From NCBI RefSeq assembly GCF_000315625.1, contig NW_005434499.1, forward strand, positions 58,419 to 101,269: a stretch of DNA of 42,851 nt, given 5' to 3'. Made by a program: the position numbers and the translations under genes. Positions 12,520 through 22,800 of this stretch are shown here, piece after piece (positions within the stretch are counted from its first letter, which is position 1; each line of letters begins with the position of its first letter). The stretch comes from Guillardia theta CCMP2712 (Eukaryota; Protista; Cryptophyta). A model generated the notes under the pieces. That model was not told the origin of the DNA, searched no databases, and worked only from the letters and a program-made list of their open reading frames with translations.

Positions 12520-15085
12520 ATAAGAAACTTTCAGTTCCTCCATCACTTGTTGTCTGCAATCAGATCTCCGTGAGCCACGGGCATTCTTTCTTGCTTCTGA
12601 AACAACAAACTTATGCAGATCTGTTTTTGGAATTGAACAAGATGGAAACGACTGAGAGACTTGAAACCTTATCGTTATGTTATGAAATTCTCGGATCGGA
12701 CTTTGCTAAGGTTATCGCATCATGTCATTTGATTCATGGGTCTTAACTTCCACATGCTATCTTAGAGAGCAGTCCCTCTGCTACGCACGAATGCTATCTC
12801 ACCACAAGTACCCTCTGAGCTTCAGCCGCAAATACTGATCTTGTTCATGCACGCAGGACCTCAAGACAGGGAAAGCTTCTCAAACACTTTTAATGTATGG
12901 AGCTGAATTGAATTGGATGGATTGTATTGTTATCGACGTCTCTTTTGCGTGTACGTAGAAATTGTGGCTTTTCAAGGACAGAAGCACGATTGATGCTTCT
13001 TCATCTACGAAAATCCGAGGATATTTCAACCGACCCAAGTCCTCAGGTACGTCCATGTCATCAGCGATATCCTTTGGAAAATGAGCACATGACCACAACA
13101 CAAGGTCCTGGTAAGCGACTATGATAGCTTCATGATATGCCAAGGTCTCGCTTGCCTAACAGACGTAAGCTTGGAGTTTATTCTTGACAGGAACCTTTCA
13201 AGTTCATAGCGATTTTCTCAAGCGAATTCTGGATTTTCTTCCTACGGAATATTTTCTCCTTCTGACCTGCATTTCAAGTTCATTCCGGTATTCTATCGAC
13301 ATGAAACTTCATTTGACTTCTTGTGGAATAGCAAGGTTTTGGATTCAGATTCGCCCTTTGTCCAGCAATTGTACTACGAGCGCACACTGAGATGTGGTGG
13401 TTTTAAGCGATTAACGGCTTGCGATGATGGAACGCAGGTCTATCTCCTTCTCTAGCACCTTTGAGCTGGAGAAAGCTCTACATTATGAATTTGAAGATCA
13501 CAAACTCTTTCTGGAGCGTTTGCGAGTTGTTGTTATCGAACTTGGTAAGTTGTGTTGATCACTTCTTCACTTGTCAAATCATTTCAGGAACTGTTCTCCA
13601 CCACTGAAGTTTGTGCTCGCAATGTATTGAAAGTGGACATTCCAATATGCTCACTTGCAACTCACGATGACACGATTGAGCTATGGAAGGATCGTTTGTT
13701 GATCCATGCGAGATTGTTGGATAAGTGAGACTTTGAACAGGAGGGACATGATATCTCGGAATCGGAGATGATTTTCCCGAGAATCTGCAGTCAAATGACG
13801 GTAACCTATCACATCAAATCTCGCATTCCCTGTCACATCTCTCCTCACGTCTGACTCTCCCGCATCAGCTCTGGCTTGGTGTCTTCCCTTGTTTCAGAAA
13901 CTCAGAGAATTTCTACGGGCTTCCTCTGTCTCAGTGTCTCAATAACGTGACCAGCTTCCACCGCGTGATCTTATTCTGACGTCAAACTCGAGGTCTTGAA
14001 TGAGATGCCTTGCTGGGGGAGCAAGACAGTCTCTGAAGAGGACGCTCCTGCGTTTATGGCAAGAAGCTGAGCAGGAAGAGAGAATGGTAATAAAGACATG
14101 GTTCAGATGACAAGTGCTTCCTCCAAGTGCAATCTGCCTGGGATTGAAAGATTCAAATCAGATCCCCTGAGACGGTTAGTCGACCTGGTTGAGACGATTG
14201 AAGTGATCCTGTCAAGAGCAGATACAAGAACCTGGTGACGGCATGCTCGGTACTCGAAACCTCGAGGCAATGGTCGCGCCAGCATGATGAGCCCTTGTGA
14301 TGCATTTGCAGACTGGAGAGACCGGCAGCAAAAGAACACTTGCTACACGCCCTGTGCTGCGATACTGTATTCAGATCCCTTCCTCTGTGCTCAAGCCTTC
14401 ACTCTTTACCTAAACCTTTTCAGGATGCTCTGCATTGGCCTGCGAATGACTGCTTTCGGTTTGCAGCCAGACATGCGTTGAGACCTTGTTTGAGTGAATG
14501 TTTAGCATTCCTTTGAAGATGAGCAGGCAGTCAGATGCAGAAACCTTCACTGAAAAGGTGTTGATGCTGATGCAGCAAGACAGGAGATTGAATCCTGAGA
14601 GCAACTAGAAGCCTTGACGGTTGTAGCTGAAGCCTTGCACAGTTTCTGAGCCTGTTCGACGACGAGGACGTGAGTTATCACACCAACGTGTTGCAAATGC
14701 CATGCGAGGTGAGCCTTGAGTAGTCCTCGTGCTCTTGTTCTCAGACGTTGGCGCCCCAAGAGGAAGTACCTCCGAGGTGTCGCTCCCTGGACATGGGAGA
14801 CAGCCTTCGCGCCATATCACTTGGAGGACGGGGAGCGGCAAGGGACTGCCATGGCCTTCAGCGACACAGGAAGGAGGCGATGCTGTGAGATGTTGCTGAC
14901 AGACGAGCCTCAGGTCTGATTGCTGTCGGCGAGAGGCAGTTGGCCTTATGCTGGATACGAGTGCCGTTGAAGAGGAGGATCTGGGTAGGACAAGCGTAGG
15001 AAGAAGCGGGAGGAAGGACAAGGAGATGGACATAGTAAGGAGGGGGGTGCCACCTCGAAGATTCTGGTACATTTATGATCATTGA
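12520..15085 (+). CDS. Multi-exon hypothetical protein with a probable F-box motif
   Basis: SDFLKRILDFLPTEYFLLLTCISSSFR (13208-13290) fits the F-box pattern. There are many short GT-AG intervals, and a last exon-like segment ends ...PRRFWYIYDH* at 15085. Full model not resolved; could be two genes. Confidence 0.35.
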
Positions 15086-15148
15086 ACGATCCAACTTGAC
15101 TCTTACGAATGACTCATTGAACGATCCAACTTGACTCTTACGAATGAC
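15079..15148. repeat. Perfect 35-bp tandem duplication
   Basis: TCATTGAACGATCCAACTTGACTCTTACGAATGAC x2. Confidence 0.95.
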
Positions 15149-15325
15149 TTCTTCTCATCTCTCCCTTTCTTTTTACCTTGCCTATTCTGCTCAGTCCATT
15201 CTGCTCCCATCTCCTTCCGATCCATTTTCGTCTGTCCGCTCGCACTGTCAGGTCTGCTCTCCTCCCTTCTTCCCTTCACTTCACCCCACTTTCTTTTCCT
15301 CTTCCATCGAACATCTCCCTCCCTG

Positions 15326-17173
15326 CTATCCCATGGAACAAGCAGTGGGTCGGTCAAGCTGCTTGCAGGCAGACGGATGGAGCAGCACGAGGTGCCTCCT
15401 CCATGTCGTTTTCTTCTCTCTGATGGTGTCGCTTCCATCTCACGTGCCATTGAAAATCGCTCGTGCCGCTCCGAGAGAGTTGGTCCATCTTGCAGCGACA
15501 TCGAGACGCTTGTCAAAAATCTTCTCGCTGATGTATAGAGGGTCGACAACCTCCATCTTCCCTTCCTTCTCTGGTTGGCAACATCACGCAAACACGTTGC
15601 AGGCGAGAAAGAGAATAAACCTGAGACGCGGAAAGGCTGTTGCAGTAGCTCTTCCATGAAGGACACGTCAACCTTGACCGAAGCAGCGCTATCGAACTGC
15701 TGCATCCACTTACCCACGTAGGTCTTCATCCACTGCCAGGGGGAGGTGAGTCAGTGCAGGGAGGAGGGAGGAGAGAGAAAGGGAGGAAGGCAGAGAGAAG
15801 AGGGGTCTGAGTACAAATGAGGAGTGTGAAGGGATGAAAGAGGAGGGGTATCACCTGGTAATGTTTCGACTCCTTGCTGTCTTGTGACATATCCACCAGC
15901 ACTTCTAGCACAGCCGTCTTGGTCAACAATCGCATCAGAAGATCTTTCGACGCCTGTCGCAAAGGGGTTGGCTCTTGCAGCGTCCCTGCTGTCAGGGGGG
16001 AGTGAGGGGGATCGGGTCGGAGGTTGCAAGGGACCTTTCAGTTGCTGCTTCCAAGCGACAGGCAAGGGTTCGAAGGAAGAGTTTGCACTCTTGAAAATGT
16101 TTCTTTCCTTGTGCAGAAGACGAATGTATTCCTGAGAAAAGATAAGAAGGATGAGATCCGCAGACAGATGAGCGGGAAGTAGGACAAGAGGACACGACAC
16201 CGATCAGCTCTCACGTTCTCTTCCCGGACATGTGACAAGTCCTCCTCAAATTCTTCAACTATACGCGTCGCGATTGAATGAAGGGACTGTAAAATCTCTT
16301 TGGGCTTGACAACCTGCCTTGGTTTCAGTGGAGCCCCCGAGACAGAGGTCCTTCACCTCAGTGAACTCGATCTTGGGCATCCCGTTGTTTTCCTTGAGAT
16401 AAGGGTTCTGCCTCCTTGACGCCGATGCCTGCGCCCATGGCGGCTCCTGGCCGAACACGTTGGTATATGAGTAGTTGGCGTTCCTGAGAAAACGTGCAGA
16501 CGTGAGCGTTGACCGAACATAGACGATGCGGAGACATACAGGAAATAAGCACACATGAGACTGCTTACCTCAAAGATTCCACCTCTGAAACTCCAGGAGT
16601 GTACTGTACATGTATCGTCTGCTCTGATGTCCCTTCCAGCTTTTGTAGATACTCCCTCCAGTTACATGTCAACCCGTCAATCCCATGATAGCATGCTTTG
16701 CAATGGTAGTCTGTCATTTTGATCATTTTCAGATGTTTGTGATCAAGAAAATTCTCCATCCACGAAGCCACGGGCTCATTCTGTACAGCAACGAGGAAAT
16801 GCAGTTTGTTCTGCACTGCTCGTTGCACTAGGAGATTCATCAGCGAGTCAGGAAAGGGAGGAGCACCAGCGTTCCCGTCTTTCAACATGAGAGGAAACTG
16901 CAGCCTTGCCTGCCTGCAATCGTTTCGAGCTCTCGGACTGACACATGTCCTCTGCTGGAAACAAAAACTTCCCCTGTTCGCCACAGTCCGCAACCGGTTT
17001 ACAGCAGGTGTCGACAAGTAGGCGAAGTGAGAGGGTGCACACAGCGGATTCTTTGGGGTCACAGAAAGGGGGAGGGAGAAGGGAAGAGAAGAAAAGAGGA
17101 GGAAGAAAGCAGCATGAGACCTCACTCCAACAGCAAAAGCCAACCCGACACGCTTCCCAAAGGCGGGCGCCAT
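15326..17173 (-). CDS. Probably plastid-targeted protein with two RbcX-like repeats
   Basis: Hydrophobic N-terminus followed by an R/S/T-rich transit-like segment. Repeat 1: NLLVQRAVQNKLHFL..EPVASWMENF..WREYLQKL..PKEILQSLHSIATRIVEEFEEDL. Repeat 2 (spliced): LLMRLLTKTAVLEVLVDMSQ..HYQWMKTYV..DVSFMEELLQQP..DPLYISEKIFDKRLDVAARW. Stop at 15440 or 15326 depending on a last intron. Confidence 0.65.
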
Positions 17174-17393
17174 GGATGTCGGGGATTAGGATGTTGTACC
17201 GGTGTAATTTACTGTGAAAATAATTATAGGGAAGGGGTGGGTCAAATCGGGGGCAGGAAGCGGTGGGGTATTATAATAGATAGAGTGGAAAGGGTGGGGG
17301 TGGGGTCAATTTGCATGTGAAGCTTTCAGCTCTGAGATGCGAGTGGAACGTGAAGCAGAGGAAGGGAAGGAGAAGGAGAAGGAGAGGGACAGG

Positions 17394-17492
17394 GGAGAGG
17401 AGAGGAGAGGAGAGGAGAGGAGAGGAGAGGAGAGGAGAGGAGAGGAGAGGAGAGGAGAGGAGAGGAGAGGAGAGGAGAGGAGAGGAGAGGAG
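17394..17492. repeat. (GAGAG)n pentanucleotide microsatellite in a divergent intergenic region
   Basis: About 19 perfect GGAGA units. Confidence 0.95.
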
Positions 17493-17635
17493 AAATTTGG
17501 CGAAGAAAGATGCATGAAAATGTGTTTAGTGATTTCGATGGGAGGAGGGCATTTGTCCAGTCTGGAACATGAATGTTGTTTCTATGCTGAGAATATCTTG
17601 GCAGGTGTTGTGATCGCAATTGCTTCACGTATGCA

Positions 17636-19531
17636 ATGCAAGCGCTGATCAGGCTCAGCTTTACCTTCCCCCTCTTTCTGTTTCTTGCCTCACTAACCAA
17701 GGAGCTCAGCGCAGACCAAACCGCAATGTCTCCCTCCTTCGTTCGCTCGCTTGCTATTCATGCGGGATCGAAGTTTTCAACCCCCGCCTCTTCTTCATGT
17801 CGGAGGATCCGCTTCCATTGCGGCATGAGCTCTTCGCATTCCCAAGCTCCGCAAGATCTTCCTGACCGCAGGCTGTGCGTTGCGCCCATGATGGACTGGA
17901 CGGACCGGTATGACCGTTACTTCCTGCGGTTAATCTCCAAGAACACATGGATGTACTCGGAGATGGTGACGACCTCCGCCATCCTGAATGGCAACCAAGA
18001 CCGCCTGCTGGGCTTCTTTCCTCAAGAGCACCCCATCGCTCTTCAGTTGGGGGGCAGCGACCCAGAGGACTTGGCCAAGTGCGCCAAGGTCGGGGAGAGC
18101 TACGGGTACGACGAGATCAACCTCAACGTGGGATGCCCGTCCGAGCGAGTCTCGACAGGTTCGTTCGGAGCCTGTCTGATGGCTGAGCCGGAGCTCGTGA
18201 GAGACTGTGTGGCGGCGATGCGGGAGAGTGTGAAAGTCCCAGTGACTGTGAAGCATCGGATCGGCATCGACCATCTAGACAGCTACGACCTCCTCTGCAA
18301 GTTCGTGTCGACAGTGGAGGAGGGAGGATGCAAGACGTTCATAGTGCATGCGAGGAAGGCGATCCTCAAGGGTCTCTCCCCCAAGGAGAACCGCGAGATT
18401 CCTCCGCTCCAGTACCACGTCGTCCACCAGCTGAAGCAGGACTTTCCTCAGCTGGAGATCATCATCAACGGAGGCATCACCGACCTCTCTCAGGCTCGCG
18501 CGCACCTGGAGCAGGCAGGAAGAGCTGGAGTTGATGGAGGATGACATGAGGGTGCAGGGGATGGATGGCGTGATGATCGGACGATCTGCTTACCATGAAC
18601 CTTACAAGATCCTTTCTCGAGCTGATATGTATCCTTGTCTACTCTCCTGTCCTCCTACTTCAGCTCCTCTTCCCTGCCTCGCCTTGCCTCGCCTTGTCTC
18701 ATGATTGATCTTGTCCCTGCAGGGAGATCTACAACGATGTGAATGGATATCACAAGTCTCGACAGCAGGTGCCACGACGTCACGAGGAGGAAGGAAGGGG
18801 GGTGAAATGGAGTTTGAGGAGAAGGGGGGAAGGAGTAGGAATGGAAAGCAGTCAAGAGGAGGGAGGGAGGTGGTGAAGGGGGAGGAAGCAAGCCATCAGG
18901 AGGGGGGTGGAGTCACGTACTTTCAGATAATTGAGGAGATGCTACCCTTCATTGATGAGCAGCTCAAGGCGGGAGTTTCTCTCAACAGTATCACCCGTCA
19001 CATGTGAAGATCTTTGAACCCTTCCCCCCTCTCATCTCACTCACTCCCCCTTCCTTCCTTGTATCTCTTTGCTCCATTGCTTCGTTCCTCTTTCCTCTCG
19101 GTCTCTCTTCCTAATCCCTCGACTGTTGGTCCTCGTCCCCTCTCCTCCCCTTTGCTAAGTTTCTCAGTTTGTCACCTCTCCTTGCCCGCTCTCCTGTTCT
19201 CCTGCCCCTCTCCTGCGAGCGTCCTGCCCTCGTCTTGCCCTCACTTCTCTCGCAGGCAAGGTCTCTTCCATGGCTGCCCCGGCGGCCGGGCGTTTCGTCG
19301 CCACCTCTCGTGAGGTTTGTCTTTGAACCTGCTAGGCGTGACCGACGAGCAGGGAGAACGTGCACAAGGAGGGCTCAGGCTCGCACACGCTGTGGAGGTG
19401 GGAGGTGAGGGCGGGGGCTGCGGCCTAACGCTGCTGGCAGGGCTGTGGAGAATATCCCAGAAGAGGTTCGTCTGAGGGTGGACGAAGAGATGAGGAGGGA
19501 GGAGGAGAAGATTGAGAGTATGGAGGTGTAA
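17636..19531 (+). CDS. dusA: tRNA-dihydrouridine synthase, DusA type, with a bipartite targeting-like presequence
   Basis: Motifs [110 protein letters not shown]. First exon 17636-18514, then five short exons, TAA at 19529-19531. Confidence 0.92.
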
Positions 19532-19834
19532 GGAATGAATAGTTGTCATGATGTGGAAGGTTTTTGGAGGGGAATGAGGAGGAGAAGGAGGGAGGGGAGG
19601 GGAGAGGAACGGGAGGGACGGATGGGTCGAAGTTTTCTCCTCACAGTCTTGCATTCAACCTTTACATCTTTACATTATTACAACATAGACATGAAACAAT
19701 CAATTTACAAACTTGAGCTGATCCAACCTCTCCGCCCCCATTAGCCATCGAATTTGTTTGTTACATTTCCTTGTCACAATTCTTGTCCACCTTGTTCCTC
19801 GTCCTCCTCGTCCTCCACGTCCTTTCATTTTTTT

Positions 19835-22800
19835 CTATTGATCCTGATATGCATCGCATGCCCATCGAGGATTTTCCCCCCAAAATCCTTGTTGTATCTG
19901 CTCCATCGTCAGCTATGCTCTCCTCTCCACTCCCCTCCTCTCCCCTCCTCTCCTCTCCTCTCCTCTCCTCTCCTCTCCTTCCCAGTTCTACCCTCATCCT
20001 CCAGTATGACTGACATGACTGGCTTGGCATTCATGGGGATGCGAAGAAGCTCCGAGCAGTCGATGGAGAGTGGGACGCGAGCCCAGCCCTTGGTGCTGAC
20101 CTGAGGCGCTCGCATGAGATCGAGCGACGCCAGAAGAGCAGAAGGGCAGAAAGAGAAGAGAGCGAGAGCGAGAGGGAGAGCGAGAGGGAGAGGGATAGCG
20201 AGAGGGAGAGCGAGAAAGGGGGGTGGGGGAGCGAGAGCGAGAGCGAGAGGAAGAGCGAGAGGGAGAGCGAGAGGGGGAGGGAGAGCGAGAGCGAGAGCGA
20301 GAGCTAGAGGAAGAGCGAGAGCGAGAGCGAGAGCGAGAGCGAGAGGGGGGTGGGGAGAGGGAGAGGGAGAGGGGGAGGGAGAGGGAGAGGGAGAGGGGAG
20401 AGGGAGAGGGAGAGGGAGAGGGAGAGGGAGAGGGAGAGGGAGAGGGAGAGGGAGAGGGAGAGGGAGAGGGGATAGGGAGATGTGTGAGGGAGAGGGAGGG
20501 AGAGGAGACAAGGCAAGGCAAGACAAGGGGAGGGGAATTGCCTTGTATATCTTCTTGTGCCGGAGCTCGAAGCAGATTGTCTCGCACTGTGAGCATGTCA
20601 GGCAAGTCACGTGAGGCGTCAATGCCACGTCATCGGCAATCTGGTGAGTCCCATGGTAGTCGATTGTCAGGCAGTTGGCGGGTTGTCCTCCTCCCAGCTC
20701 AGCCCTTGCTGAGATCGGAAACTCTTCGATCATGTCCACCCTGTGCAGTTCAAGTTCAGCAGAGCCTCAGCTGGTAGAATGCTTCCCACCTGCTGTCTCG
20801 AGCGACGGCGGAGACGACAAGACAAGGTCTGGAGAGCGACAAGATGGCCTTGAGCTCTGACGCTGGACATTCCATGTGTGTCTGATGCGAAGTGAGAGGG
20901 AAGGGCAAGTGGAAGAGGAAAGAACAGTGGGTGAGGAGGAGGAGATGCACATTCTCGCTATCTCACCACTTCAATCTTGTAGGCGGTCACGCTGACTCTG
21001 TCCGCCTCCTCCTGACTTGCGTTGTCGAATGCCCACTTGGCTTCTCCTTGTGAGGACGATGACAACGTGTCGGTCGTGTTTGCCGTCCGCTCGTCCTCCT
21101 CGCTTTCCTCCTTCTTCCCTCCCTTCCCTCCCGTGTAGGTGAACTTCACCCCTGCTGCTGCCACCTCCTCCTTTGTCAGCCCCCGTGACGACCCAGCAAC
21201 CTTGCGCGAGGGATCGGGAGCGTCAAAGGAGGAGAGAAGAGAGGAGGAGGAAGTGGGGGGGGCAGAGAAAGCAGAGGGAGAGTCAGACATGGCGAAGGCA
21301 ACTCCTCTGAGAATTTCTTTCTCCCAAGCTGAGGCTTCTTGCACCGTTTCAACAAGCTACAAAGAAACGTCAACAAGATTGCTCCTCCTCATTTGCCCCC
21401 TCCCCCTCCCCCTCCCCCTCTCCCTCCCCACTCCTCCCCTCCCCTCCTCCCCCCCATCCTCCCCGTCCCTCTCCCCCTCCCCCTCCTCTTCTTCTTCTTC
21501 TTCTTCCTCCTCCTCCTCCTCCTGTTGTCCCGCCTCATGGTTTTACCAGCTCCACGTCGTCGGATCTGTCTTCGAGAATATTTCTCTTCAACTGCACCAG
21601 GTGCTCCTGCCTGGATGTCTGTAAATATCTCCTCCGCATGCCCACGTCATCATCCTCCTTCTCCTCCTCTCACTTGCTCGTCGTAACATTCACAAACACG
21701 TTATCCAGCTTGATCGTCTTCCACAGATTTGCTTGCAGCTCCTGTTCCTTCTCCTTGAGTTCTACGAAGCTCTTCTCCTCCCCTCTCCTCCTCCTCCTCC
21801 TCCTCTCTCACCGTCTCCTCCCGGTGCAGGCAAAGACTACTTCCCATCCTCACCGCGTACATTCGCTTCCACGCCTTTCGCTCGTGAGCAGCACCCACGC
21901 GGACCCTCACCCATCCCATTTGTTCCCTCCTCCTCTGCGACTTCGGTTGCGATATCGGACCTCGTGCCTCATCCTCCTCAAGCGACCCAACCCCAGCAGC
22001 TGAGCTCGGAGCAGCCGCGCGCTTGGACGAGCTGCGAGCTGAGCGAGGGGCTTCGGGTTTGCTCTTCTCTCTGGCCTGGTCTCGCTTCGCAGCTGGAGGG
22101 ATGACGTCACGAGGGCGGAGAGAAGTTGGCAAGGAGAGAGGCTGAGGAGGAGGAGGAGGAGGAGGAGAGTCCTTCTGCATCCTGCTGACGGCCTCCACGA
22201 CAGCGCGTACGTGCCTGTTGATCTCCTCCACCTCTCTGCTCTTTCCCTCCTCCCCGCTGATCTTTGCAAGGCTTTTCATGGCCTCTTGGAAGCGAACAGC
22301 CAACGCCTGAAGATGCCACCAGTCATGAATGTCGCAACGAGGAGAAGAAAGAGGAAAGCAGAAGAAGGAATACACGAGGAGGAAGATGGTGCGACGAGGA
22401 GGAAGAAGACAGCAGCAGCAGCAGCAGACGGTCACGGAGAAGAACGAGGTCGAGGAGGTGGAGGTGGCGAAGTCGGGGGGATGGGGATTGCTGGGAGATG
22501 TACCGGGTCTGTGATAAGGGGGACGACGTCTCTCAGCATCCTCTCTGTGGGGCCGTCAAGACTGACACGACTGACCTCCTGGTCTATCAGGGCATGAGCG
22601 TGAAGACTCCATGCTGCCTCTCTCGCCGCCTCAGCCTTCCCTTGCGGCTTCTTGACCTGAGTGGAGACGCGGAAGCTGGAGTTTCTGATTGAAAATCACC
22701 AAGTGCCAGGAGAAGGGGCGAGACAGAGACATTCAGTAGAGGAGGGAGGAAGGGAGCGAGGGAGCCAGGAAGCCAGGAAGCGAGGAACAAGAGGATAGAG

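Noticed and set aside
19909-20777. Long RS/RG/PL/EG-repeat ORFs, and likewise poly-RL/SL ORFs at 25144-25402
   Set aside because: Translations of intronic microsatellites.
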